Assembly (NCBI GenBank): GCA_013239625.1
Contig: MU056756.1
Coordinates: 310,001-374,000 of the forward strand
Direction: 5' to 3'
Length of the DNA: 64,000 nt
Origin: Lama guanicoe
Taxonomy: Eukaryota
Shown: piece by piece, positions 47,543-59,600 of the stretch
How positions within the stretch are numbered: the first letter of the stretch is position 1
Layout of the letters: each line of letters begins with the position of its first letter
Program-made: the position numbers and the translations under genes
Notes under the pieces: generated by a model
The model's input: the letters and a program-made list of their open reading frames with translations, nothing else
Databases searched by the model: none
What the model was told of the DNA's origin: nothing

Positions 47543-48715
47543 GCCTGTCCTGCCTGCCCGCGGGCGTCGCTGTTGTCTGCCAGCCCTCGGGCCGGGACCT
47601 GCTGCCGTGTTACTGTGTCTGGGTTTTTAAGTCCTCCGGCTGAGTCCTTCCTCCTGGCGGCTGGCTCTGCAGGACTGTGGCTGTGCGTTTCCACGTGAGA
47701 CTGAGGATCCGTGCCTCTGCTTTTGCGAAGAATCACTTACTAGGCTTTGACTGACGGTTTATTGAAGGCATAGATTAAACATAATTTCCTGATTGTTCAC
47801 TGCTGTTACATAGAAACAAAAGTTGCATTAACCTTGTTCTAGTGAAATTGCTGTGCTCACTCACTAATTTATTCTGATTTAGTTTTCTGTAGACATTTTA
47901 GACTTTCTACATCCATAATAGGTTGGTTACAGATGCCAGCTTTTTCTCTGGTTGTTTTATTCATTTTTAAAGCTGTTTTGAACTGGCTAAGGCCCCTGGG
48001 ACGCTGCTGAATAGAGGTGAGGACATTGGGCACCCAAGGTGTAGCCCTAAGTTCAGGGAGGGGCGGGGAGCTGCTCATATTTCTGTGCTGGCCGTGCTAG
48101 TTACCGTAGGATTGTGCATACCCTTGATCGGGATGGGAACATTTCTTTCCAGTTCCGATCTGCTTAAACTTTGTGCCATAAACCGAATTTTATCTAATCT
48201 TTATCTATCAGGATAATTACATAATTTTTATTCTTTTATATGGTGTTATATTGATTGATAAACCGGATTTGTCTTCCTGAAATAAACACAATATTTTTGT
48301 GTGTTCTTTTGTCCTTTTGAAATGTTGCATGATATTTGCTCATATTTTGTTTGGTACTTTTGTGTGTATATTTATAACAGATTGCCTCATTTTTCTAACC
48401 CCTTTGGTTTGGAATTAAGAGTAATCTGACCTCAAAACAAATCTGGGGAGTGTTCTTTTTTCTCTGCCCTGAAGAGTCTGTGTGATCAGCATCACTTATT
48501 CCCTAAACATTGAAAGTCTTTCTGAGGAAGCCATCTGCTTCTGGTGATTCTTCTATGTGAATGTTTGTGGTTCCAGATTTTACTTCCTTACTAGTCAGAG
48601 GATTGTTGAAATTTTTATTTCTTTTTGTGTGGTAGTTATTGTAAGCTGTGTTTTTCAAGGAATTATTTCATTTCGATTAACTTACCAATTTGTGCAGTAA
48701 AGTTGTTCACACTAT

Positions 48716-49217
48716 ATTCCACAAAAACTAAAGAGGAGAGAATGCTTCTGATCTCATTTTACAAGGCTAGCATCACCCTGATTCCAGAGACACTATAACA
48801 GAGAGAATTACAGGCCAATATCCCTGATGAATGTAGATGCAAACAGTCCTCAACAAATATTAGCAAACCAAGTTCCATCACACATTAGTGGGTCGCACAT
48901 CGCGATCAGGTGGGACTTACCCCAGGGAAGCAAGGATGGTTCGACACCCACAGGTCAGCTGAGTGTGATGAACACACTAGCGAAACACAGGGTGAAAGGC
49001 ACATGGTCATCTCAGGAGATGCAGGAAAGCATTTGTCAAGATTTAACATCCATTCATGATAAACTTCTCCACAAGTGGGCACACGGGGAACGTACTTCAG
49101 CATGACCGTGGCTGCGCACGGCAGACCCGCAGCTCAGGTCACACTCAGTGGAAAAGGCTGGCAGGTTTTCCTCTAAGGTCAGGAATGCGACAAGGATGTG
49201 CACTCTCACCGTTTTTA
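48716..49217 (+). mobile_element. internal L1 ORF2 (RT-domain) fragment, no 3' UTR or poly(A)
   Basis: Encodes [24 protein letters not shown]... and, after frameshifts, FPLRSGMRQGCALSPF; compare L1 ORF2p [24 protein letters not shown]...FPLRSGTRQGCPLSPLLF. Confidence 0.9.
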
Positions 49218-51449
49218 TGTTCTTAAAACCTTCTAGTGTCTATGGAATCTGTAGCAGTTTTTTTCCTTTTCTGTTTCTGGTGTTATTGCTTTAAGCCTTG
49301 TTTTGTTTCATTTCCTTAGCAAGGGTTTATGAATTTTATTAGAACAATTTTTTGACTGTTGATTTTTCTTGGTGCTGTGTTTCTTTTCTCTGTGTAACGA
49401 CTTTCTGACATTATCCTCATTGTTTTTATTTAGTCTTCATTGTCTGTTCCTACTTCCTGTGATGTGTATCCAATCACCAGTGCTCAGCTTCTACCCTTCC
49501 TGGTGCGTGGACTTAAGGCTGCAGATCTTTCTTATGTTCACTCTTAGCTGCATCCTGTGAGTTTTGATATGTAATGCTTTCAATACCTTTAGTTCAAAAT
49601 GTTTTGTAATTTCCACTCAATTTTCCCTTTGACAAGGAATTTTTAGAAATGTGTTACTTAGTTTTGAAATAATTGGCCATTTACTAGTTATCTGTTTTAT
49701 TATTGAGGTCAAATTCAATTCCACTCGAGTCAGAGAATGTGTTTTCTGAATGTTTTCAATCATTTGAAAATTGCTGGCCAGTTTTGGCAGAGGTTCTATG
49801 TGCACTTGAAAGAACGAGATGGTCGTATTCCTGGACTCAGGGTTCTGGACCAGTCAGTAGCTCAAGATTATTATCCATCCTGTTCGGGCCTTTCATGTCC
49901 TTGCTGATAGTTTCTGATTAATCTATCTGCTTAATCCTTCTAAGTTATCTAGATTATTTTTTCTTTTTCATTTGTCAGTTTCCGCCTCTTAATATTTTGA
50001 AATCACGCAGTGCCACGTGTAAGTCGGATGTTACATCTTCCCGGAAAACCCCCCCTTTTATTGTTATGAAATGCTCCGTCTCTGTCGGTGACTCTGGCTT
50101 TAAAACCCCCTTCATCTGACATTCGTGTATGTCGGCTCTCTGTGGTTTAACACTGGCACAGTTCATCTTCTTCGGTCATTTTACTTACGGGCTTGCTTTG
50201 TTCTTATGTTGAAGTTGTGTTCCTTTCATTTTGGTCAAACTGCTTACATTAGATGTAAGTCCTGGTCTACTTGGGTGTAAATTTGCCACCTTAGTAGCCA
50301 CGTCCTATTTGTAAATCCGTCGACACTGGGGGTTTTTTCTCCCTTTTGGCCTCCTGTTGTGTTAATCAAGACTTGCTTCTTTATCCCGTCGTCTCCTCTC
50401 TTGCCTGGCTGCCTGCGCGCCGCACTTCTAGCCTTTCTGGGCGTCACTGGGGACTGCCGCGGTCGCCCTTGTGCTCCTGGAGGCCACTCCGGGTGGAGCG
50501 GTCGTACCCCTCCGCAGACCCGCAAGCGCTTAACTCCTGCTCTTCCTCCCGCTTCGTGTTGTTTGGGACCCACATTTTGATTCGGCACATGTTCTAAACC
50601 AGCAAGAACCTCCTCCTGTTGTTTGCGAGGCTGACGCTGAGCGGTACTGCTTCCCCACGTGTCTCCCTCGCCAGCCTGCCGGCGCCTCTCCCTGCTCCTT
50701 TTCCTTCCGAGAACCCCCAGGTCCTGGCTTTATGGGACGCCTGTCGGCAGCACAGCCTCTCACTTCTTGATGCCCAGAGGCGTTTCGTTCTCCGGAACGT
50801 GTTCTCCAGCCGGGCTTGCAGGCGGGGGCTTCGTTCCTTCAGCTTTTGGGCGACGTCACCCGCCTTTCCCTCCCCCATTCACTGGCAGGGGTGCGCCGCA
50901 TCCTCGCTCGGGTGTGCGTCCCGGCCTCCTCGCTGTGCTGTCTTTGCCGGGTCTGCACACACCTGTGGCTCCGAGCGGGGCCGCCCTACGATGTGGGGCT
51001 TCGTGGGCTTGTCTCTCCTAGTGGGCATCCCCGGGGCCAGAGATGAGGACTGGCGCTTGTTCAGGATTCCAGTCACCCTCCGGGGCTTGTGAGACCCGAG
51101 GGGAGGGCAGCCGTCGGTCCGTGCGTGTGCATCTGCAGGACGGGGTGCCGCTCGGTTTGCTGGTGGCTCTGACACTGGGGAGGGACCGCAAGATCCACCG
51201 CTGTCCTGCTTCCTGAGAGACGGGAGCGAGACCGTCCACGTCAGGCTCTGAAATTCCGTGACAGTTAAGTGACTCTCCGACAAGCAGTCTCGTTACTGCA
51301 GCATCACCTCTTTGTCAGATACACTTTTCTGAGCTTAAACACAACACAAGCATGAAAAACGCATGTAATGTTGCTTTCTGAGAAAGTCGCCATCCGTCGG
51401 ATTCCTTTGTTTTCTTCTGGTGTTTGTACGCGTGTGTAAAACTTGCACA

Positions 51450-52150
51450 CGTGTGCACACGCAGACGGCGCGTGTCATCCACGTGGCTTGGTGTTCTGCT
51501 TTCTTCCAACGCCACGTGGTTAACAACTTCATGTTCCGTTAACTTTCTTTAACTCCCCGCAGGCGATGACTGGCTCATATCCCGTTGTGACCGGGCTTGT
51601 GTTGGTTTGACTGGGTCCCTGTCGCAAGGCGCTCGGCTTGTTCTAGGCTTTAGAGACTATTAGTGCTTTTGCTCTAGGCCTCCTTTTGCACGAATCCTTG
51701 ACTTCATTTCTGGCTGTTCAGTAGAATTAGTGTCAGAAGTAAGATTACAGGTCGGGTGTTACGATCACCTCGAAGGCTCGTGGCGTTCACAGGCAGAGCA
51801 CCTTTCGGGCTGTTTGGACGATTTCTGTCCTGCGGGAAGCTTATCGGTATGTTCCTCACCCGGAGCTCACGAGCGTCAGTCACACTTCAGTTTCAACTGT
51901 GCCCAGATTGAAAGGCGACCGTTGCCTCTTAAAATTTTCGTCCCTTCATTCCCTGGAGAGCACAGTGTGTGCTCAGGTATTTACTGGCTCTTCGCATTTC
52001 CTCTGTAAAGGCGATTTGCAGACTAATGTCTCCTTAGCTATGGGGGTGCTGGTGATTTTCCTGTTTTCTAAGAATTCTGTGTGCAATGTTGCTGCTAATG
52101 TTTTCTGCTATTTTTTTGAAATGTGTTTCCAGTTGGACCTTTGTCTTATT
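51450..52150 (-). mobile_element. old L1ME 3' fragment
   Basis: GCTTGTTCTAGGCTTT...CAGAAGTAAGATTACAGGTC...GTATTTACTGGCTCTTCGCATTTCCTCTGT resembles an antisense L1 3' end. Confidence 0.6.
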
Positions 52151-52391
52151 GTGTAAATACAGGTTCTGCCACGTAGAACCTGGGGCGCAGTCTGAGCGTC
52201 TCCCTCGGAGCGCACCCTCTGTCTGCTGGATGCTCAGAACGCAGGGTGAGTGGCCCACGCGCCTCAAAGAAGCAACGTCAAGTATTCAAACGGGGCACAG
52301 CGGAGTCTCTGAAGCTGCGAGCAACTGAGCGGCTTTTACTGTGTCCTGTGGTCCGGTTCTTGGGAAACAGAAAAATAGGTATTCTTTTTAT

Positions 52392-52960
52392 TGTAGGGAA
52401 GAAAAATAATTTTCCCTCTATTTTGAGTTCTAGGCTGAGACCTCTTGTAATGAAAGACAGATTAACAAGAGAAAACTGAAGTTTACTGACATGTGGACCT
52501 CGTGCTTAGCCGGGAGATACTTGGTGAAAATGAGAAACTCCGCAAGTGGCTTAAATTCAGGCTTAAAAACCACCTTCACAGGGAAAGGGGCTGATGGAGG
52601 CCTCTCAGGGGAGAGCCTACGACTTCAGGAAGGGTGACCGGGCCCCCGAGGAGCAGGAGGGGACATGGCTGGGGTGACCCAGTGTTTGTGGGTCTGGGTC
52701 CACCTCTCGCGGGTTGCCTCTCCTGCTGCTCTCTCCCTGGACACGACTCTGAACGACTTACAAAGTGCGAAGCAGTGAGTCGGTTAGTGGAGATGAAACG
52801 AGGGCTCTGAGGGCTCGCAGGGGCCACGTGAGACGTCCTCCTTCCAGGAGCCTCCTGGTGGGGGCGCGGCTTCGTGCGGCGGCCTGGGAGCACCGTCAGG
52901 TCTCAGGCGCGGGCAGAGACTCCTTCTGCCATCTCCTCGTGTCTCTGTGTCTTAAAAGGT
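52392..52960 (-). mobile_element. ERV1-class solo LTR, related subfamily (copy C)
   Basis: TGTAGGGAAGAAAAATAATTTTCCCTCT...AGACAGATTAACAAGAGAAAA; same terminal architecture as copies A and B. Confidence 0.7.
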
Positions 52961-55092
52961 GTCGTGTAACCAGCTTCCTCAGACACCAGAGTGAGCGGTG
53001 TGCCCTGAGCCAGCCGGGCCAGACCTACCCCTCACCTCTTGGCATCTTTGTCTCGCACGGTTTGCCATGTTCTCCCCCGAGACGGTTACTGGGCCTGCCC
53101 TCCGCTCGCCTTGGAAACCACGTAAGCGAGTTAGCGTGCTGTGAAATATAGAACCCTGTCCACTCAGACGTTTTCCCTGGTAATGCGTTTGGCACTCAAT
53201 AAAAATTCAAGCCGTTCTAAAGAAAGTTAAAAAAGGAAACTCGCCTCCTTTATTCGTTCGTAAGCCTCTTTTAGAAGGAGGAAAATGGTTTATTTCCAGA
53301 GCACTGTGTTTGGGAAAATCCTGTCTCTGCTTTGAAGTTGTCCTTGTTTATGCAGGAGGAGGGACCGCAGCTCTCTGATCCATGGTCGGCAGGCAGGGTC
53401 CTTGGCTCCCCCTGGTCTGAGCAGACAGGCCGTCCATCTTAAGTCAGAGCAGGTCCGGAGAAGTGGCGTGCTCTTCAGGAGGAGAAGCTATGCCTTTGGC
53501 ACTGGCTGTATCTCAGTCAGACCTGTCCACCCGAGCTCTCGACAGTTTATCGGGCTCCTAAGTGGAATGACTGCCTCTTTTCAGCGTGGGTTCAGTCAGC
53601 GTCGAACATTCTGTGGTTTTCTCCTCTCGCGGTGCAGGGAGCTTTCCGCCCAGCGGGTTTACACCCGCCCTCTCCTGCTGTGGACAGAACCCATCAGGAT
53701 GTCCCAGGAGGGGCACATGTGTGGTTCCAGCGGAGGTAATGAGCCTGCTTTTATTTTATTTGTTGCTTTAGAGTGAAATCATCAAACACTGGGTGAAAGT
53801 CTCAGACCCACAGCTTTGGTTTCAACTTCTCAGGGCACGTTGGGGTGTGACCTCAGTGGGAACCAATCCGTCCAAATTAGGCTCTTCTTGTTCGCCAGAC
53901 GATCGACATTGTTTCACTGCCATTGGCACTGCTTAGTGGTGCAGGTTTGCCACATAATTATTAAGAATACGGTATAATGTTTTTCAGAGCCATTTCAGTG
54001 ACAAAATGCCACCCAGTGAAGTCGTGATAAACTCATGTAGGCCTTCCCTGGAGGAAAACATGTGACATCAAAGTGTGGTCAGTGAGTGATGGGCTGTGTG
54101 TAAATTGCCGTTTGCTCCCTGTGCGGAGCCGATTGCGCAGGGGCAGTGGCCCCGTTTTCCCAGCTGTATTGCGATGTAACTGGCGTGCAGTGCGGTGTAA
54201 GTCTGAGGTGCACAGGTGTTGGTTTGACACCCGCCTGCTGTGGATCAGTTACCGCCGGGGCCTCCGTGAGCACCTGCGTCGCGTCGCCTCAGTGCCAGTT
54301 CTCCTCTGCGGCAAGAACGTCTGAGGTCCCAGCACAGTGACCGTGTTTCACGGCGCTTTTTGTCTTCTGTGTTTTCTGTGTTAAAAAATATATTTTGAAA
54401 GAAAGAAAAGAAGAGAAAGGAAGAAGGAAGGTAGAAAACAAGCAAGAAGGAAAGTAAGAGAATTACAATGTGCTTAATGAGATATTTTAGTCATTTTCTC
54501 CTGATTAATTTTCTTTGCTCTCTCATGGAGTAGGAACATTCTTTATATGCAAGTAATTCACGTTAGAAGGTGAGGCACACCTGCTACTTGACCAGGGAAG
54601 CTGCGGAACGTGAATAAAGAGCGTTTGATGATTTGTTTGGGGCGGACGTCCCCGTCTCTCCTCGGCAGGTCTTGGCCACTGTGTTGATGGACTCGGTCCG
54701 GTGGCTGCAGTGCGTTTGACCCCAACGCCACCATCACTGTGCATTGTATGTTTTGCTTGAAGGACGTGGTAATGACTTTAAATTGCCTCCTGCATCATTG
54801 CGATCCGCTCAGTCCTTGAGGTCTGCGCACACTGCTGCCTGTTCGCTCATGGCGTCGACGCGCCCTGTGCTTCTCACTCGGGTGCCTCCAGCCTGTGCGG
54901 GCCGCTGGGCGCTGGCATCGCCGTGGACGGTGACCCGATTCCTGCCTGCTGGGGTTGTGATTTTCTTTCTTTTCAGAGTCACGGGGTCGAGCGTAATTTA
55001 GTTGCACCCATTGGGTCTGTAATTTGAGAATATCCAGTTTAAAGGGAAGCCTTTTCTTAAATCCCGAGGCTGCTCCTTTGTGAAAGATTGTT

Positions 55093-55873
55093 TAGTGTTT
55101 TTACTGAAGCATAGCTGAGGCACAATGTCATGTAGGTTACAGGCGTGCAGTGTCGGGACTCACAGCTCTCAGAAGTTACGCTCCGTTCACCATCATCGCA
55201 GAACGTCGGCTGTGGGCCCTGGGTCACACGGTGTTCCTTGTTTCACAATAACGGTCCGTCCCCCGCCGCCCCCCCACTGGTGACCACTAGTCTGCTCTCT
55301 GTGTCTGTGAGTAGCTTCTGTTTTGTTGTCTTCACTGGTTTGCTGTAGTTTTTAGATTCCGCGTGTAAGTGAGATCTTGCAGCGTTTGTCTTTGACTGCT
55401 TCACTCAGCACAGCGCCCTCCAAGGCCGCCCCTGTTGCCAGTGACAACACTTCTTTCTCTCTTACGGCTGAGTGTTACTCCATGAGGTGTCTCCTCGCAC
55501 CTGTCAGGATGGCCGTCACGAAAAAGAACCCAAGTGACAGGTGCTGGAGAGGGTTTGGAGAAAGGCGCCCTCCCACACTGCCGGTGGGAATGCAGTTTGG
55601 CGCAGCCGCTGTGGAAGACAGTGTGGAGGTTCCTCAGAAGACTAAAGCTAGAGCTGCCACGTGATCCAGCAATCCCGCTCCTGGGCACGTATCTAAAAAC
55701 ACAAAAACACGAATTCGAGAGGATACATGCACCCCACGTTCATGGCAGCATTATTCACAGCAGTCAAGATAAGGAGGCAACCCAAGAGTCCAAAAACAGA
55801 GGACAGAGAAGATGCAGTACCTGGACACAGTGGAATAGTAATTGGCCATAAAAAGGAATGAAATAATGCCACT
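55093..55873 (-). mobile_element. 5'-inverted (twin-primed) L1 insertion
   Basis: 55093-55483 is an antisense L1 3'UTR/ORF2 end. 55482-55873 is the sense ORF2 C-terminus ([34 protein letters not shown]). Confidence 0.85.
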
Positions 55874-56002
55874 TGTTATTTAAGGTTTGAGTGTGTGCTG
55901 TTTTGTGTGAGAAAGTCAGTAAGTAGGTACCAGTGGGTGGAGAGGACGCTGACCTGGGAGGGTAGACGGGCAGACACAGTGCATCAAAGACCAGCCTGCA
56001 TG

Positions 56003-56224
56003 TGCCCCGGGCAGCCCTCACCAGGGCGACCTCAGACACGGGTGGGAGGGGAGCTGCCCCGGGCAGCCCTCACCAGGGCGACCTCAGCCCTGGGTGGGAG
56101 GGGAGCTGGGCCGGGCAGCCCTCACCAGGGCGACCTCAGCCCCAGGTGGGAGGGGAGCTGCCCCGGGCAGCCCTCACCAGGGCGTCCTCAGCCCCGGGTG
56201 GGAGGGGAGCTGGGCCGGGCAGCC
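56003..56224. repeat. 52-bp GC-rich minisatellite (VNTR), ~4.2 copies
   Basis: Unit (CC/GG)CCGGGCAGCCCTCACCAGGGCGACCTCAGCCCCGGGTGGGAGGGGAGCTG starting at 56005, 56057, 56109, 56161, and partially at 56213. Confidence 0.95.
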
Positions 56225-57460
56225 GCCGCTTCTCTGTCCTGGCTCCTGCCGACGTTTACGGTAAAGCGCATTCAGTTGGCCTTTGGGTCACATCTGCGGT
56301 TTGGATTTCAGCTGCTGTCCTGCCTCATTTTGTTCCAAACTCAGAGGTCCCCAGGGAACAAACATGGTGACTGTTTCAGACGAATCACGACCTCTTACTG
56401 TGAGGCCGACACCTGACCCCTCTCCTGGACGGTCCTTCCTTGGCTTCATGGCTCTTTCCTTCCAATTTGCCTTATTTCCTGATGCTTCCTCCAGGCGGGG
56501 CCCCACGTACAGTGTGTTCCTCCTTCAGGAAGGCCGGGAGCGTCACCCCGAGCTTCTATCCGGCTGGCCTTCCCCTCCTGCCTTTCATGGGCCCAGTGGA
56601 GAAGTGTGGGTGCAGTCAGTGTGGACTGGAGCCTGACAGTGCGGGCGCAGGTGCAGACGGGAGGACAGGTGTGGCTGGGGGCAGCTTGGACGGAGGAGGA
56701 TTGGGCAGGAAGTGGCTACTGTGCTGGGCTGCACAGAGGGAGCAGTGAAGTCCGGATTCTACGCACGGAGCATGTGATGCCGACCGCGCTTGGCTATGAG
56801 GCCAATACGTGAAATTAAAATCAGGCTCCTCTAATTTGCGGAGGGGCATCCTTGGTTGTTGCTGGAGGGGAGCTGAGCAGGCAGGCTCCTGTCTGAAGGG
56901 AGGCCGGCTCTGCCTCTCCGCTGCCCGGGACACGCGGGCAGGGTGACCCCAGGCGGCTTGGTGACCCTGTGTCGTGACAGCTCAGAGTGCAGGTGGCCCC
57001 CCGCTGCCAGTGGATGGAGTCACGCAGAGGGCACCGATGCCTCCGCTGGTTTTGAAGAGCTTTCCTCTGGGGCCTCGTGTGGGGTTGGATCACGTTAGCA
57101 GCTGCCTAGACGCCCAGGACGTCTCAGCCGACCTCTCAGCGCGCAGGTGTGGAGCAGAGAGCTACCGCGGGCGGGAATGAACCGTCCTCTTGTCATCCAT
57201 TTCCCATCCCCCTGGGGGCCTGGTCCACCTGCATCCTTGCCTCTGGGCTGCCCAGGCTCCCCCGACATGGGACCAGGAGGAGGGACGGGGTGGCCTGGGA
57301 GCTTTTCCAGGGCGATGAAGGATCCTTACTGCCCGCAGCACCCAGGCTGCCATCCAGGGACCTTGGGAAACTCATTCTAAAAATGATCTCTGGAACTTTC
57401 CAAAAAAGCTCTGTTGCAGGAGGGTATTTCAGGCAGCAGGGCTGTGCGCAGCGTGGGCAG

Positions 57461-57473
57461 GTTGCTAGGCAAC
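57461..57473. promoter_or_regulatory. RFX X-box
   Basis: GTTGCTAGGCAAC, a near-palindromic match to the X-box (GTTGC...GGCAAC half-sites). Confidence 0.55.
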
Positions 57474-58049
57474 CGTGAGCCCTGCCACATCTGGCGCATC
57501 CCCCTGGCGCCTGAAACGAGCTGAGACGAGGAAGCATCACCTGCGGTGGGGTCTGCGGGGCGGGGAGGCCTTTCCCACACCCCTGGACCCACGGGGCTGC
57601 CATGTGCACAGCAGGGAGTCCAGCCAGGCCTTAGTTTTCTGGGTCGTAGAAATCGGATGTTGCAGCTTTTTAAATGCAGGGACCTGTCCTAGCACCCTCT
57701 CGGTTCCCTGCTCCCCAAGACGTCCAGCCCCTTAGAGCCTGAGGGGAAGCCCTGACCTCACAGCCTCCCCGGTGTGGAGCAGAGCCACCGTGGGCAGGAA
57801 CGAACCGTCGTCCTCTCTTCATCCCTGCGCCTGCTTCTGGGGGCCTCCTGATCCACCTGCGTCCTTGCTTCTGACGCCCCCACCAGCCCTGCAGCGCTAG
57901 GGCAGTCCCGAGACGCCGTGTGGGAGGTTGCCAGCCTCCCCTCTGCCGCTGTCCGCACACGTTGGGCTTCCCTTCCCCACAGACCCTGCAGGTCCTGACC
58001 CCAGCACCCCCTCCAGGGTTGCCCCTCGCAGCTTCCTGGACTGGAACTG

Positions 58050-58197
58050 GCATCGCAGTCCCTGAATCCTGCTCGAGGCCACGAGCTCCTTGAGAACGCA
58101 GACGTCACATGCTTGTTTGTGTGCCCAGGGCCACAGAGCTCTCACCCCGGCTCAGGGCAGAGGCTCAGCGAGTGTTTGTTGACTGAGTGAGTGATGG
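58050..58197 (+). mobile_element. L2 3' terminus
   Basis: GAGCTCCTTGAGAACGCAGAC...GGCTCAGCGAGTGTTTGTTGACTGAGTGAGTGA resembles the L2 end (ctcaataaatatttgttgaatgaatga). Confidence 0.65.
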
Positions 58198-58929
58198 GTG
58201 AGGGTCCCAGAGGAGCGTCACGGGACAGAGGCAGGAAAGCAGGTGTTGCAAGGTGAAGGGGACGCGTCCTGGAGGTCGGCGTAGGCGTCTGGGTCCTCCC
58301 GCCCCCTGGTCCCTGCGGCCACATCCTGACGGGAGAGCTTTTCCTAAGTGGCCTCCCGCAGTCCTGGCCTTACACGCTGCGTGGCCATGACTTCCCACGA
58401 CGCCCTCTCCTTTTCTCCATGGGCACCGCTGGCTTCTCCTCTCCCCTCAGCCAGGATGCTCTGAAAAGAGCCTGGCGCCACCCGGAGGGGCAGCGGCTGT
58501 GCGTGCGAGGGGCTGTCCTTGAAGCCTGCGCCTGGCGGGGCAGCGTCGAACGCCGGCCCGGATGCCTCTTCCTCTGCTCACCTCACCAGCTGCCCGTTCC
58601 CCAGGCCTCCCCTCCCGGCACAGAGCCCTGCTGGTGCGGTTCTGCCAGATTCCCGCGAGGGACAGTTTTAATTAGGCTGAAATCCAGGAGCTCAGTGTGA
58701 GTTCTCCCTCCCCGTTTGCTTAACCAGGAGGGAGGGGAAGCCCCCGAGGAGGCAGTCCTCGGTGCGGGGGGGAGGGTCTTGGGAGGAGAGGTGGGCGGGA
58801 GCGGGCTGGCCTCTGCTTTGGGGCCGCCCTGGGTCAGGCAGCCTGCCGTGTGCTCTCCAGACGGTCCTGTGATGCTCTTGGCACCGAAAACCCCCTTTTC
58901 CCGAGATGGGCTCCGTGCTGTGGATAGTC

Positions 58930-59600
58930 TCCTCTGATAAAGACAATGACTGGTGAAACGGAGGTTAAACATGGACTCTCCCAGGTCACATGGCAAGGGA
59001 ACGGCAGGGTGGCGGAAGGTGGGTTGACCAGATGCCAGAGTGCCATGGCGGAGACGGGTCTGAAGCCTGCGTCAGGGACGTTGGCCCGAGCGCCCCACGT
59101 CCGGGGCCTGTGTTCTGCTTCGTGCTGACGGGTGTCCCTGTCGCCTGTGTCTCATGTGGCACGTTCATCTCCCACCCCACTGAGGCCCGCGGGGGCGGGC
59201 GGAAGTCCCCTCTGCCGTAGCACAGGGGAGGAGGTGGGTCTCAGGAGTCACCCCTCCACTCGAGGCCCCAGGCTGGTTCCCCGACCCAACCCTCTCCCCG
59301 CAAGTCTGGCCCGGCTCCTGCGGCTGCGGCTGTTCGGGGGGGCTCTCCCAGGCGTCGCCGGTGTCCAGTGAGTCACGTGGACCCCGAGGCACCAGGAGTG
59401 TCCCCTGCCTTTCCTGCTGACAGGAGCAGTCTTCCCGCCATTCCCTGTGGCCGGCCTCGAGCGGGAGGCCTGGGGGCCCAAGTGCCCAGGGGTGCAGTGG
59501 GGCCCAGGCCCACCGGGGGCCATGCGGGCTGGACGACATCCTTCTCGTTTTCAGGTGAGGAGAGTGACATTCAGGGACGCGGCAATGAGATCTTCTAGCT
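58930..59600 (-). mobile_element. cluster of MIR fragments
   Basis: GAGGTTAAACATGGACTCTCCCAGGTCACATGGC and CGTTTTCAGGTGAGGAGAGTGACATTCAG resemble antisense MIR cores. Confidence 0.5.

Larger units (their letters stand above)
46165..51250 (-). mobile_element. long ancient L1 (L1ME/L1M-type), interrupted by an LTR, a duplication and a sense L1 fragment
   Basis: Colinear antisense L1 motifs: 3' ORF2 (ACTGCCAGACTGTTTCCAGAGT), RT (TGAATAGAGGTGAGGACATTGGGCACC), endonuclease (TTTTATTGTTATGAAATGCTCCGTCTCTGTC) and ORF1-like sequence near 50.8 kb. Confidence 0.8.

Noticed and set aside
48827-49105. Reverse-transcriptase-like ORF as a functional gene
   Set aside because: Frameshifted, truncated LINE-1 ORF2 remnant. 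The ORF at 55534-55851 is likewise an L1 ORF2 C-terminal remnant.
51444-51457. 14-bp palindrome TGCACACGTGTGCA
   Set aside because: Arises readily from CA/TG low-complexity sequence at an L1 edge; no further support.
52163-52251. Possible small exon (TACAG|...CAGG|GTGAGT)
   Set aside because: Acceptor lies at the edge of an L1 remnant with a weak pyrimidine tract, and the translation is not recognisable. Cannot be supported without RNA data.
53872-53881. Isolated CArG boxes (CCAAATTAGG here; CCAAATAAGG at 17191-17200)
   Set aside because: Chance-level frequency; the 17191 site is part of the MLT1 LTR.
56003-56224. CRISPR-like array
   Set aside because: Head-to-tail tandem units with no unique spacers, no cas genes, and a eukaryotic context.
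59540-59600. Splice acceptor TTTTCAG|GTGAGG and exon
   Set aside because: Matches the antisense MIR core (cattttacagatgaggaaactgag).
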